Shown in pieces: positions 19,687 to 29,904 of a stretch of 64,000 bases of DNA; the stretch's first letter is position 1; the number at the start of each line of letters is the position of its first letter. The notes under the pieces are model-generated. The model saw only the letters and a list, made by a program, of their open reading frames with translations, was not told where the DNA came from and did not search any database. The translations under genes were made by a program, and so were the position numbers. The stretch lies in the IMG/VR virus record IMGVR_UViG_3300005613_000001, positions 372,001 through 436,000 of that record. One strand, written 5' to 3'.

Positions 19687-20335
19687 TTTTATACCCTGCC
19701 AAAGCCAATGTATTTTTATCTAATCTTTGATTAATTAAATAAATTTCTTTTCTTTTAAATGTATTTTCAGAAAATACAAAGTGTTTTCCTGTATCCTTCA
19801 AACCAGGAGCAATACGCGCTTTGAGAGGTTGTAGTTTCTTATTTTTACGTTCCCATCCAAATGCTTTTTCTAATCTGTTTAATATTTCCATCTGATCTGA
19901 AAGCATTTGCTCATTTTGAATTTGTTGCAAGACATTGGGAGATTTATTTATTGATAACCAATGTTTTGTTAATATATTAAAAGCCCCTATCGGTGTCTTG
20001 TCTTTTAGCCAATTAACATCTTTATAATGCCAAGAGGGTTTGGTTAAGAATTCAAGCAGCGTTTTGCCCCGCCTCAATTTTGTATCATTTTCAAATTTGA
20101 ACAACGAATTGAGCCAATCATAAGGATTTTTTGTACAAACAACGAATGTAAGATCATCGGTGTCAATATCCTTTTTGTGTATAGATCGCCCGCTTATAGT
20201 ATTTTTTCCATGCTTCCAGCATGGGAAGTTGTTGAGAACTCTAACCTTAAAATTTCTCCTTATAAGAACTTCTACTGCATTAGTGCAAGTTCTAGGTAAT
20301 CCAAATACTTTTACAACCCTCATTTTTTTCTCCAT
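19670..20335 (-). CDS. sulfotransferase-like protein
   Basis: GLPRTCTN 5'-PSB-like loop, WKHG, KNPYDWLNS. Confidence 0.65.
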   Translation of the reverse strand: MEKKMRVVKVFGLPRTCTNAVEVLIRRNFKVRVLNNFPCWKHGKNTISGRSIHKKDIDTDDLTFVVCTKNPYDWLNSLFKFENDTKLRRGKTLLEFLTKPSWHYKDVNWLKDKTPIGAFNILTKHWLSINKSPNVLQQIQNEQMLSDQMEILNRLEKAFGWERKNKKLQPLKARIAPGLKDTGKHFVFSENTFKRKEIYLINQRLDKNTLALAGYKIKATH

Positions 20336-20337
20336 AA

Positions 20338-22320
20338 TTAAAAACTCAATTTACCCTGACTAATCAATTGGCGAACACCTACCGGGTGTATGCCTTCAAA
20401 TGGGGCAAAATCTCCCCCGGACTTCGGATGAGTTTTCCCACGCACCGAGTTCGGTTTGGTTCTCCACTTAAGAAAGACATCATCTATGTAACTTTGATTA
20501 TCAATTCCTGATTGATGTTTATAATACAATAATTTTTGTCTTAGTTTTTCAATTGGGCGAACCCAAGAGTAATGGTAGAATAGTTTTTCTTCTCCCCTCC
20601 AACATGGATATTGTGAATGAACCAAATGCCCTTTACCATCTGATACATTTAAGTGATTTCCATTTTTATAACTAAATCCCTGTTTCCAATGGACTACTCT
20701 TTCTTGAGGGTAATGTCCCCAACTTCCTGTGCCTAAAGTGTTTACATCGTTCCAGAAAAGCCAGAATTGCATAATTAAAACTTCATATGATTTCATCAAC
20801 TCTGTAACTCGCCACAGTTGCTCAGGCTTATAAACCTCATCGCCGTCTAGCATAAACATCCACTGCCCTTGCTTTAGATGTCTTGCATAGGCATTCCTCA
20901 TTTCCACTTTATCTTTCCAACAACGCCCTGGCGGTTCAATAACTTTCCCATTGTGTTTTTTGGCAAGATTATGAGCAATTTCTAAAGTGCTATCCGTGGG
21001 GTATCCTTTTTCATCACACATGCCCGATTTGTTTGCAAATTTATTGCCCCCAATGACAAAATACCATTCATCTACAATTGGGGCGGCACTATCAACAGAT
21101 ACCTCTAAAAATTCTTCTTCATTACAGGCGATAACACAACCAATAACTTTTCCGTGAACATTCTGTTTTATTTTAGATTTTACTTTTCTTTTTGTATCAC
21201 ACAGGCTTTGCATTCGTCCTGTAGTAATCCACCTATCTTGAAATAATTTTCTATTTGACCCAAGCCAAGGATGTCCTCCGGCTTTAGAATGTCCGAGACT
21301 GTGATGAATGATTGATTTAGGCGTGTAAAAAACTTTATATCCGGCGTCTTTAACCCTCATGTTTAAATCAGAGTCTTCCCAATAACCTATACGATATTGT
21401 GTATCAAATCCTTGGATGTCATTGAATAATCGTCTTGGAATTAGAAAGCAGGCCCCTGTAACCATATGTCGTTCGCCCGGCACTTTCAAATCATCCGGCA
21501 TATTAGATACTGTAAAAGCCGATCCCATATCCTTTCCATGATATATATTTCTACCTATATGTTGGAAAGAGCTTGACTTCCAACTCCATTCTGACCCGGC
21601 TGAATCCACTCTGCTATCTTTTAAGTGCAAATTGCCAACAATGCCAATTGCGGGATCGGATTCTATCAACTCGACCATTGGTTTAATCCAATTTTCGGTT
21701 ACAATACAATCGGCATTCAAAAATATTAGATATTTCCCTGATGCAAACTCCGCCCCGGAATTACAAGCAGAACCAAATCCTCCATTGATGTTGTGCAAGA
21801 TGATCTTACCAACGCCCCGTTTAATGTCTTTTTTTCTTCTTTGCCACCCTTTTAGTACATGAAAGTGAGATTGTTCTGGACAACGATCATCAACATAAAT
21901 AATTTCCTTATTGAGTCCATCTGGTTTAATATCCCATTTAGCGATTTGCCTTTCAATTTCAGAAGAACTCTTGAACATGGGCACAATAATAGAAACATCA
22001 ATGGGTTGTGTTGTTTGGAACCAATCATCTATAGGAAATTCAGCCGCCTCGGGCTTAACATAAGGTTTTCGGGTTTTCGGCACGACGGGAGCAGTAGAGT
22101 ATACTTTATTATGGCGTTTCCTATTACGCTGATTAAAAACTCTACCTTTTTGTGCGGCTGCCATTTTGGTTCTTTGAGGATCTTGGCTTAATTTCTTAAT
22201 ATGTTCATCGGAATACCCATGTGCTCCCAATGCTCTTGATATCCTATTAGAAAGTGCGGCCTTGACCTTTTCATCTAAAGTCCTTCTTTTATTTTTATGT
22301 CTTGTGACTCGCTTATTCAT
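20338..22320 (-). CDS. double-domain GT2 glycosyltransferase
   Basis: SIIVP..YVDD..FLNAD..YWEDSD plus second domain CNEEEFL..LDGDE. Confidence 0.9.
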   Translation of the reverse strand: MNKRVTRHKNKRRTLDEKVKAALSNRISRALGAHGYSDEHIKKLSQDPQRTKMAAAQKGRVFNQRNRKRHNKVYSTAPVVPKTRKPYVKPEAAEFPIDDWFQTTQPIDVSIIVPMFKSSSEIERQIAKWDIKPDGLNKEIIYVDDRCPEQSHFHVLKGWQRRKKDIKRGVGKIILHNINGGFGSACNSGAEFASGKYLIFLNADCIVTENWIKPMVELIESDPAIGIVGNLHLKDSRVDSAGSEWSWKSSSFQHIGRNIYHGKDMGSAFTVSNMPDDLKVPGERHMVTGACFLIPRRLFNDIQGFDTQYRIGYWEDSDLNMRVKDAGYKVFYTPKSIIHHSLGHSKAGGHPWLGSNRKLFQDRWITTGRMQSLCDTKRKVKSKIKQNVHGKVIGCVIACNEEEFLEVSVDSAAPIVDEWYFVIGGNKFANKSGMCDEKGYPTDSTLEIAHNLAKKHNGKVIEPPGRCWKDKVEMRNAYARHLKQGQWMFMLDGDEVYKPEQLWRVTELMKSYEVLIMQFWLFWNDVNTLGTGSWGHYPQERVVHWKQGFSYKNGNHLNVSDGKGHLVHSQYPCWRGEEKLFYHYSWVRPIEKLRQKLLYYKHQSGIDNQSYIDDVFLKWRTKPNSVRGKTHPKSGGDFAPFEGIHPVGVRQLISQGKLSF

Positions 22321-22322
22321 TT

Positions 22323-22619
22323 CTAAACCACGGGAGAAGGAACTTGAGCCCCGCCGCCCTGTACGATGCCCGAGCGCGAACGGGTAATCAAAGCCTTTAA
22401 CAATACCTTAAGTCCAGCATCAGGATCATTTGCATATTGTTGTTTTATTCGATCCACGTCGTCCCAGTTTGAAATGGTTGGATTGTCACTGGGTTGCCCT
22501 GTAGAGGTTGTAGCGCCTACATCTAGAGAGGAACGACCAATGGAACCATCGTGCGTCCAGCCAGGAGGCTGAATGGTCGTAAATTCCCTCATGGTTTTCC
22601 ACTCTTTAAATGTTTTCAC
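22323..22619 (-). CDS. putative internal head protein (MKTFKEWK)
   Basis: CTS-like start. Confidence 0.7.
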   Translation of the reverse strand: MKTFKEWKTMREFTTIQPPGWTHDGSIGRSSLDVGATTSTGQPSDNPTISNWDDVDRIKQQYANDPDAGLKVLLKALITRSRSGIVQGGGAQVPSPVV

Positions 22620-22957
22620 TCGCCTTCGCCACCTTCGCCTGCCATATTTTGTGCAATTCTATCTGCTCTGCTAAGCATATTGCCAAGAGCCGATGTACTC
22701 CAATTTCTTGAAGTAACTTCAGGTCTAACAGCAAAAATAGCTGCGTTAATTATTGCACTAAGCAGTTTATCAGGATCATCCCTATATTTGGGATTTGCAC
22801 TTAATCTTTTAGCTATATTTTGAATATATGAAATAACAGCCGGATCGGCCTCGCCTCTTTGACCCATTACTCGGTATAGATAACGCCAATCCATACTACC
22901 CTCGGGTGCTGCAATTTCAGATAATTCGTTTTCTTGCCATTCTTTATATGATTTCAT
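22616..22957 (-). CDS. putative internal head protein (MKSYKEWQENELSE)
   Basis: CTS-like start, AGGAG RBS. Confidence 0.75.
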   Translation of the reverse strand: MKSYKEWQENELSEIAAPEGSMDWRYLYRVMGQRGEADPAVISYIQNIAKRLSANPKYRDDPDKLLSAIINAAIFAVRPEVTSRNWSTSALGNMLSRADRIAQNMAGEGGEGE

Positions 22958-22965
22958 TTTTTCTC

Positions 22966-23352
22966 CTAAGGGGTGGGTTTCGTAGCATCAGGAAAAGTTA
23001 CTGGCCCCATCGCATCGTTACCATTGCCACCATCGGGCATCTGTGGAGGACCATCCCCTGTTGAAACTAAATTATTCTTACTTTGTGTATCTGCTTGTGA
23101 TACTTTGTCCAAATTCTCTTTTATCTTAGCAGGCCAATCTGATACTTGGTCTTCACGAACTCCTAATAGCTCAGAAAGCCCCTCCGCATTGTTGCAAAGC
23201 TTTGAAAAACTATCCCAAAAGTCTTTACCTACCTGCATACCAATGCGCACAACTTCCATAGCCTTAGAATCATCACCGCTATCTAAAAGAGGCGGTAATT
23301 TTTCTTCGCCATCGGCATCTACCTTTTCCCAAAGATCATAAAAATTTCCCAT
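22966..23352 (-). CDS. putative internal head protein (MGNFYDLWE)
   Basis: divergent CTS-like start. Confidence 0.65.
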   Translation of the reverse strand: MGNFYDLWEKVDADGEEKLPPLLDSGDDSKAMEVVRIGMQVGKDFWDSFSKLCNNAEGLSELLGVREDQVSDWPAKIKENLDKVSQADTQSKNNLVSTGDGPPQMPDGGNGNDAMGPVTFPDATKPTP

Positions 23353-23353
23353 A

Positions 23354-23668
23354 TTATTCCACAATTTCTAAAATTGGGTTATCACCTGTTGTGTATCTAT
23401 CTTTTAAATAAATAGCATTTTGACCATATTCGGTAAAGGTTTCGCCATCCTTCATCTCACGATTGTTAGCGGCAGATAGACCTGGAATCCATGTAGAACG
23501 AAGCTCTACGTGGTTTGCTATATTGCTTACTGCCCTATCTTGGTCGTTATCATGACGATCAGGATGCAGAATGCCAGGGGATCGGGAATTGGTTTTTGGA
23601 CCCATTAATTCTGTACTATTTAACTCTAAATTTACTCTAAATGTAATTTCTGGACTTGGATTCGCCAT
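23354..23668 (-). CDS. hypothetical protein, probably virion-associated
   Basis: AAGGAG RBS; lies within the CTS gene cluster. Confidence 0.7.
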   Translation of the reverse strand: MANPSPEITFRVNLELNSTELMGPKTNSRSPGILHPDRHDNDQDRAVSNIANHVELRSTWIPGLSAANNREMKDGETFTEYGQNAIYLKDRYTTGDNPILEIVE

Positions 23669-23696
23669 TATTGTCTCCTTTAGAAAATATTTAGTC

Positions 23697-23909
23697 CTAT
23701 CTTTTCATTTTACGTTTCATTTTACGCTTCATGAATCCCATCAAAGGCTTACATGATCCCTCCTTCGCACACGATTGATCCATTGGCTTAGGAGCGGCTC
23801 GCTGACTACGGTTACTTCTGCATTTGCTGGAAAATTGCGGATCTTCCCCATTGCTGTAAGAAGCCGACACTTCACCCGTATCTTCTAACCATTTTCTGAA
23901 ACTTAACAT
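23697..23909 (-). CDS. small protein (MLSFRKWLED) ending in MKRK repeats
   Basis: CTS-like start; near-perfect 12-bp tandem repeat at 3' end. Confidence 0.65.
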   Translation of the reverse strand: MLSFRKWLEDTGEVSASYSNGEDPQFSSKCRSNRSQRAAPKPMDQSCAKEGSCKPLMGFMKRKMKRKMKR

Positions 23910-23953
23910 ATTACTGAATATATATAGATAGGACTTTAAAGGATTTAAGCAGG

Positions 23954-24142
23954 ATGCTATTATTTAAATGGTTCAAAAGAAAGAACAAAGAAAACTCTAA
24001 GGATTCCCCTCTCTGCCCTAAATGTAATATGCCAATGGAAAGCTTTACCCCTTGGGGATGCCCTGTTGAACAGAAGAATGGGGAATTTTGTGACTATTTT
24101 GGGAATGTCACTGATATAATCTGGCGATGCCCTAGTTGTTAA
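23954..24142 (+). CDS. small Cys-rich protein
   Basis: CPKC...CPSC. Confidence 0.55.
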   Translation: MLLFKWFKRKNKENSKDSPLCPKCNMPMESFTPWGCPVEQKNGEFCDYFGNVTDIIWRCPSC

Positions 24143-24954
24143 TAGTTAAACCAAACACATTCCATTTTGTAGTCTTTGGTCTTCTTCTGAGATGCGTGAT
24201 TGACAATTTTTTTCTTCTTACATCGCCAATCTTGATACAGCCGCCTATAAAGCTTAGAAGAATAGCCACTTATCATGGCTTTGCCCTTGAAACTATTTAA
24301 CACGTTAGCAAGAGCAATATGGTCGTCATCTGTCATCTCATGCTCATAAACATCTTTGCTGACTCTAGTTTCTGGCAAATAAGGAGGATCAGCATATATG
24401 AAAGTCTTTTTGTCATTAAATGCCTTTATTACCTCAATTCCCAGCTTGTTAAGAATGTAAACTCTTTCTAATTTCTTGGAAATTGCAGGCAATTCATCCA
24501 AAATAGTATTCCATGCATTCAAATCACCTGGCTTCCCGCCTCGTTTTCTTGTAGACCACGCAAAATGTTTCTGTAGCCCTCCTCTGCTCATTCTGCGTGT
24601 TACAAACTCATTGATAGCATGACTTAAATAATCCTTAAATGGCCTTTTCGCCCGGCTAATCGCTCGCCTGAAAGTCTGCTCTGTATAAGGAGTTCTTTTG
24701 AGGCGACTGATAAACTCCCCTGGTTCATCCCTCAATGCCCTGAAAATCTGAACAATGCCCAAATCAATGTCATTCAAACATTCTTCTGAACATTTTTCAT
24801 CCTTATTTAGAAAGACATTTGCCCCACCACAAAAAGGCTCTATGTAGCACATGTCTTCATAGTCCTCTGGGAAGAACTCAAGAATCCAATTAGATAAATA
24901 ATATTTGCCCCCATGAATCTTAATGGGGGGCCTGATTTTTTTCTTTCGGGGCAT
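24139..24954 (-). CDS. Dam-family DNA adenine methyltransferase
   Basis: GGKY, EPFCGG, LND, ADPPY, ISGY. Confidence 0.93.
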   Translation of the reverse strand: MPRKKKIRPPIKIHGGKYYLSNWILEFFPEDYEDMCYIEPFCGGANVFLNKDEKCSEECLNDIDLGIVQIFRALRDEPGEFISRLKRTPYTEQTFRRAISRAKRPFKDYLSHAINEFVTRRMSRGGLQKHFAWSTRKRGGKPGDLNAWNTILDELPAISKKLERVYILNKLGIEVIKAFNDKKTFIYADPPYLPETRVSKDVYEHEMTDDDHIALANVLNSFKGKAMISGYSSKLYRRLYQDWRCKKKKIVNHASQKKTKDYKMECVWFNY

Positions 24955-24956
24955 GT

Positions 24957-25148
24957 TTATTCTGCTTGATATTTGCGAATGATTTTCTTGCATCTATGAC
25001 AAACGACATCTTCTGTGTGACCGAAGCCACCGTCCCAAAACCAAGCTGCGTCGGAATCGGTACGACAATCTACGCACATGACCCGCATGTATGCATCTTT
25101 GTCGTTTGTTCCCTCTATATAAAAATAGCACTCTTCATTCATTAACAT
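24957..25148 (-). CDS. small zinc-binding protein
   Basis: CVDC..CHRC. Confidence 0.55.
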   Translation of the reverse strand: MLMNEECYFYIEGTNDKDAYMRVMCVDCRTDSDAAWFWDGGFGHTEDVVCHRCKKIIRKYQAE

Positions 25149-25160
25149 ATAATAGTAAAA

Positions 25161-25910
25161 ATGAAAAGATTCGGAACAAAACGACTCTTGGCAATATTGG
25201 GACTAATAGGCGTAGCAGCCTTTATGCTCTGGCCTGAATCCCTAACTCATAAAGCCCCTGAGTATAAATTAGAAAATATCACTATTTATAAGCAGCCTGA
25301 TGGTATAAGCTGCGGACCTACATCTTGTGCTATGGTTCTGAAGCTTTATGGAAAAGATGTGTCCATTGAAGATATTAAAAAGGTTGCCAAAACAACGTGG
25401 TATAAATCAAACGAGGCGGAAATTGGCATGACCGCCCCCGAATATATTGAGACTGCTCTTAAGCATTTTGGTGTGCCTTGTAAATTGAAAACGGGTGATT
25501 TAAATGATTTGAAAGCTTACATTGAGCGAGATCGCCCCCCAATAGTATTGCTCCGAAGCAGTAAAACCACTTGGCACTATGTCGCAGTTATAGGTTACAC
25601 GCGCACGGGATTTGCTATAGCTGATCCTGCCGGGTACGAACACACAATGGAAAATTCTGTATTTGAGAATGCCTGGAATTTTTCAAGCGACATGTATGGT
25701 GCTAAGATAACTGATCCTTGTAAAGTATGTGGGGGCGACGGCAAGATATCAGAGCTTCCAGGTCAATTGGGGAAATGCGACAATTGTGCAGGCACGGGCG
25801 AGGGATCTGATGTTTTGGTGCAACTTTTAAATTTGGCAGATGTGACGGGCAATATGTTAATTGTGCCAACAAAAGGGATAAATAAAAAGGAGGAAAACAA
25901 TGGCAGTTAG
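25161..25910 (+). CDS. exported C39-like cysteine peptidase with DnaJ-type Zn-finger insert
   Basis: Q....SCGP, WHYV, ADPA; CKVCGGDG/CDNCAGTG. Confidence 0.85.
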   Translation: MKRFGTKRLLAILGLIGVAAFMLWPESLTHKAPEYKLENITIYKQPDGISCGPTSCAMVLKLYGKDVSIEDIKKVAKTTWYKSNEAEIGMTAPEYIETALKHFGVPCKLKTGDLNDLKAYIERDRPPIVLLRSSKTTWHYVAVIGYTRTGFAIADPAGYEHTMENSVFENAWNFSSDMYGAKITDPCKVCGGDGKISELPGQLGKCDNCAGTGEGSDVLVQLLNLADVTGNMLIVPTKGINKKEENNGS

Positions 25911-26106
25911 AGCATGCAGTGTAGAATATAGATTAACACAGAATACCTTACTTGCAATATTAAACGAGGACCATTTTTTACAAACGGTCCCCCGAGATCA
26001 ATGGGCGATTACAAGTTTTGATGCTAAAACAATGATAGTATGCATCAAAATGACTAATGATGTAAGTATAACCAATCTTACTGTAACACTGCCTGAATTT
26101 GTTTAA
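25900..26106 (+). CDS. hypothetical protein
   Basis: AGGAGG RBS. Confidence 0.65.
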   Translation: MAVRACSVEYRLTQNTLLAILNEDHFLQTVPRDQWAITSFDAKTMIVCIKMTNDVSITNLTVTLPEFV

Positions 26107-26289
26107 TTACTCTTCTTCTACCCCGTGTTCAGCTAACCATTCTTTAAAAACTTTCTCAGTATGGTTAGTTAAATATGTATCAATTGCACCGCAATCGAAT
26201 ACATTAACACGTTCTAGTAGTTCAGCAATTTCTTCAACGGTGAATTTTTTTTCTTTGTTCCACCACCAAAAAGCTTTAGCCTTTTCCAT
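26107..26289 (-). CDS. hypothetical protein
   Basis: AGGAGGT RBS. Confidence 0.65.
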   Translation of the reverse strand: MEKAKAFWWWNKEKKFTVEEIAELLERVNVFDCGAIDTYLTNHTEKVFKEWLAEHGVEEE

Positions 26290-26301
26290 TTTAACCTCCT
26301 A

Positions 26302-26850
26302 TTATCTTCTCCAAGGCAACCCGTGTTCGGGCTTTACATTAAGCCAGGCAAGGAAACTTGTAGCACCAAGATACCCTTTCCCTGATTTGACGACTTGTGG
26401 AGCTTCAACTGTAGATTTCTCGGCGTTTACAATGAAATATGCCGGAATTCCCTTAACTCCATAAGACTTAGCAATATTTGGCTCTTCATCTGTGTCGCAC
26501 ATATAGAAAACGTATTTCTCCATAGACTTTTTAACTCTTTCATTGGAAAGAGTCTCGTTTTTCATTCTTTGGCAATAACTACACCAATCTGCGGTAAAGA
26601 ATATAAGCACATCCTTATCTGAGGCTCTAGCCGCATCTAATGCGCCTTGATAACCCTTACCAACATCTTCATGGGGAACCACTTCTTCTTCAACTGGTTC
26701 TTCTTCCCTTCCTTCGGGTTCTGCTTCCCAAGTTGTGTCCTGCCAACCCTCTTCTTGCTCTGCTGGTGTGAACATTCCTTGCTCTAATGCGAGAATTCCC
26801 AATCCTAACACCACGGCTACAAGAAGTAACACCACCGTATTGGATTTCAT
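26302..26850 (-). CDS. membrane-anchored thioredoxin-like protein
   Basis: FTADWCSYC, GIP cis-Pro loop, N-terminal TM. Confidence 0.9.
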   Translation of the reverse strand: MKSNTVVLLLVAVVLGLGILALEQGMFTPAEQEEGWQDTTWEAEPEGREEEPVEEEVVPHEDVGKGYQGALDAARASDKDVLIFFTADWCSYCQRMKNETLSNERVKKSMEKYVFYMCDTDEEPNIAKSYGVKGIPAYFIVNAEKSTVEAPQVVKSGKGYLGATSFLAWLNVKPEHGLPWRR

Positions 26851-26871
26851 TAAGACCTCCTATATACAAAT

Positions 26872-27672
26872 ATGCAAAAGATTTTCTTCCTTGTATTAAT
26901 AATAATACCCTCTACGGTATTTAGTGATGAACCGGATAAAATACTACACGAAAAGTGTCTGTACCCAACCGTAATCATTGCTTCACATACGGAAGGTCGC
27001 ACCCGTGAGCGTGGAACAGGTGTTATTGTTAGAAGTGAAAAAATCGATGATTCTTATTTTAATGTCGTAGCAACCTGTCAGCATGTCTTAACCCACGCTG
27101 ATATGGCAATTAAACTTCCTATTTTTAAAGATTGGTCTAAATTTGAAAAGTGGGAAGTGTTTCCTTGTCTTAAATTCGCAGGACATAAAGATAGAGATTT
27201 AGGGATTGTTTTATTTGTAAGCTCAGAACCAATGCCCACTGCCGATTGGGGAATGGATGAGAAATTATTCATGGGCACAAGAATAATGAAAATTGCTTGC
27301 GGGAATGCAGAAGATCCCCGTTTAGATTGGGGATATATTAGCTCCCTCAATAATATAAAACATGAACACTCTGGGAAAATTAGAACATCAATTACAACTG
27401 TTCCCGGTGACTCCGGTGGACCAGTATTCTGCAACTATAAAATTATAGGGTTGGCTCAATCTATTAAAATGGTACAAGGCATGCCTGTGACCTGTATTTC
27501 TAATGCAATTCCAGCCCCTTTATTTAAAGAGTGGAATGAAGAAGAAAAGGGGCGGTTGGCGTTTGTATATGATCCCGAAAGCCCCTTGCCAATTTTAAGT
27601 TTTGCTATTGCAAAATTTGAATCTTATGAGATAAATAATAGCGTAATTCCTGAACACCATTGGGAGAATTGA
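26872..27672 (+). CDS. exported trypsin-like serine protease
   Basis: GTG, TCQH, DLG, GDSGGP. Confidence 0.9.
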   Translation: MQKIFFLVLIIIPSTVFSDEPDKILHEKCLYPTVIIASHTEGRTRERGTGVIVRSEKIDDSYFNVVATCQHVLTHADMAIKLPIFKDWSKFEKWEVFPCLKFAGHKDRDLGIVLFVSSEPMPTADWGMDEKLFMGTRIMKIACGNAEDPRLDWGYISSLNNIKHEHSGKIRTSITTVPGDSGGPVFCNYKIIGLAQSIKMVQGMPVTCISNAIPAPLFKEWNEEEKGRLAFVYDPESPLPILSFAIAKFESYEINNSVIPEHHWEN

Positions 27673-28253
27673 TGAAGACATTTAAAGAATATGCCGGAGA
27701 ACGCGATTTTATAGCTGAAGTGGCTCTAATTATGGCCGAAGAAAATATTGACCCAGTGGAGTTTATCGATAATTGCATCCAAGAATGCCAACCTCAATTA
27801 TTTAATGAGGCGGGCTTAATGAACAGAATGGGGAATTGGTTTCAAAAAGCTGGCGAATACGCCGCCCAAATCCCCAGTAGAGTCGGGAGTTACATAGATC
27901 AACAGTCAGCCATCGGTGGAATTGAAGTGGCTACTAATTTTAAAAATGCCTATCATTATTTAAATAATGCCAATGCAGTTTTGGAAAAGTATCGCAAACA
28001 AAATCCTGCCGGAGACGCAGAATTAATTCAAGGGGTAAATGAATTGGCACAATTCGTCCAAGCTGCGATGCAAAAATTGTATAATATGAAAAAGAAAGCA
28101 GATCGGGTTGAAGGCAGAATTAAAGCTCACACTATGCAAAATAGGCAGAGCCCCGATTGGGCACCGCCCCCAGGAAGTCAACAGGCTCCGGCCCCAGCAC
28201 CAGCCAACCCGGCACCAACTCCTGCTGCTATTCCGGTTCCTGGTGGACCCTAA
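27672..28253 (+). CDS. putative internal head protein (MKTFKEYAGE)
   Basis: CTS-like start; LFNE-AG cleavage-like site; Pro/Ala tail. Confidence 0.75.
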   Translation: MKTFKEYAGERDFIAEVALIMAEENIDPVEFIDNCIQECQPQLFNEAGLMNRMGNWFQKAGEYAAQIPSRVGSYIDQQSAIGGIEVATNFKNAYHYLNNANAVLEKYRKQNPAGDAELIQGVNELAQFVQAAMQKLYNMKKKADRVEGRIKAHTMQNRQSPDWAPPPGSQQAPAPAPANPAPTPAAIPVPGGP

Positions 28254-28540
28254 ATCCAGCCCGTTTTTTCAGCTTGAGTTAAATCATGGAGTGTGACTTT
28301 TCGCCCAACCACTTCTGATATGCTCTCTAAAAAGTGTTTGGCTATGTCTATCTGAGCCGCCCGAAAATACTCTGGACCCTGCTGCTTGGCCCATTCAAAA
28401 GCCTCGGGATCAACTCCCCAGTCAAAGAATTCTCCATCAATGAAAATCTGCTTGTCCATCATCCCATCATCATCCGTGGCTATTTTAATCTCAAACTTCT
28501 TTTTTCCTTCGTCTCTCTTTTTTTCTTCTTGTGTAGCCAT
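28250..28540 (-). CDS. hypothetical protein
   Basis: 96 aa ORF. Confidence 0.7.
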   Translation of the reverse strand: MATQEEKKRDEGKKKFEIKIATDDDGMMDKQIFIDGEFFDWGVDPEAFEWAKQQGPEYFRAAQIDIAKHFLESISEVVGRKVTLHDLTQAEKTGWI

Positions 28541-28572
28541 ACTTTTATATTAGTCTCTCACTACATATTATT

Positions 28573-29097
28573 ATGGATTTCAAAGAGTGGATTATAGAAG
28601 AGTCATCTCTAAATGACCTATATCAAAGTGCGGTAGATGCGTTCCCCAACTGTCGTAAGCGTCAGCATTCCATTGATGAAATCACAATTACAAGATTAGA
28701 GTGGGTGCCTTATCGTGGAATGAGAACCCTTTTTATAAAAGGGCTAGCTCAAAATACCTCAAATGGGCACGAATATTCTCCGGTTGTTGTCTTTAAAGGA
28801 GTTCAGTACCACAATGAAGGCGAAGGAAATCTTGTAGAAATTATTGATAATAATGGGGTTCGCCATTTCTTCGAAAAGCTGTCAAATCAAGACACTCAAA
28901 TTCTCACAAAATGTACGTGCAAGGACTATGAATGGAGATTTAGGCATAAAAACTTTGAAGATCACTCACATCAGGGAAGAGATAGAACACCTTATGTTGC
29001 ATTGTTTAACCCTGGCATAGCTGATATTGCCCCTGGTTTGTGCAAACACATTATGAAATTAGCTCATGTTTTGTCGGAATCTGGAATTACTGGTTGA
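28573..29097 (+). CDS. SWIM Zn-finger protein with CTS-like start (MDFKEWIIEE)
   Basis: CTCKDY...CKH. Confidence 0.8.
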   Translation: MDFKEWIIEESSLNDLYQSAVDAFPNCRKRQHSIDEITITRLEWVPYRGMRTLFIKGLAQNTSNGHEYSPVVVFKGVQYHNEGEGNLVEIIDNNGVRHFFEKLSNQDTQILTKCTCKDYEWRFRHKNFEDHSHQGRDRTPYVALFNPGIADIAPGLCKHIMKLAHVLSESGITG

Positions 29098-29127
29098 TTT
29101 TTAATGGCAGTTTAACTATTATAGTGT

Positions 29128-29904
29128 ATGCCTAGAAAATTAAAAAATCTTATTGGACACACATTTGGCAAACTCACTGTTGTTAAATATGCTGGACTCA
29201 AACCAGCAGGTAAACAAAAACAATCGGCATGGTTATGCAAGTGTGAATGTGGAACCATTGTTGAAGTGCTAAATAATAATCTCAAAAAAGGCAATACTAA
29301 GTCTTGTGGATGTCATCATAAGAAGCGAGCCAAAGAAGCCAATCTTATAGATATATCAGGTAAAAAATACGGTCTGTTGCAAGCTCTAGAATATGTTGAA
29401 TCCCGAAATCGCAACGCCTATTGGAAATGTATTTGTGAGTGTGGCAAAGAAACCATAGTATCATCTTGTGGACTAAAAAGCGGCGGTGTAAAATCTTGCG
29501 GGTGTAGACAAGGTAATTTTATTCATGGAGAATGGTCAAAAGGAAGAGCAAATTATTCAAGATATAGAAGACAAGATCCGCTTGTAAGATTGAGACATAA
29601 TGTAAGTGCTGCTATTCGTGATTCCCTTAAATATAAATCAAATAAATCTATTTTTGATTATTTGCCCTATACATTTCAAGAATTAAAAGAACATTTAGAA
29701 TCACAATTTGAATCGTGGATGACGTGGGATAATTATGGCGGCAAGAGCAATGATGAGCGAAAAACCTGGCACATGGACCACATACAACCCCAATGTAAAT
29801 TTTCTTATCAATCACTTGACGACCCTCTAATGGTTGAATGCTGGGCATTATCCAACCTTCAACCATTAGAGAAAAAAACCAACTTTTCAAAAGGAGCTAA
29901 ATAA
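29128..29904 (+). CDS. HNH homing endonuclease
   Basis: two W.C.CECG..KSCGC repeats; WHMDHI..NLQPL...N. Confidence 0.9.
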   Translation: MPRKLKNLIGHTFGKLTVVKYAGLKPAGKQKQSAWLCKCECGTIVEVLNNNLKKGNTKSCGCHHKKRAKEANLIDISGKKYGLLQALEYVESRNRNAYWKCICECGKETIVSSCGLKSGGVKSCGCRQGNFIHGEWSKGRANYSRYRRQDPLVRLRHNVSAAIRDSLKYKSNKSIFDYLPYTFQELKEHLESQFESWMTWDNYGGKSNDERKTWHMDHIQPQCKFSYQSLDDPLMVECWALSNLQPLEKKTNFSKGAK

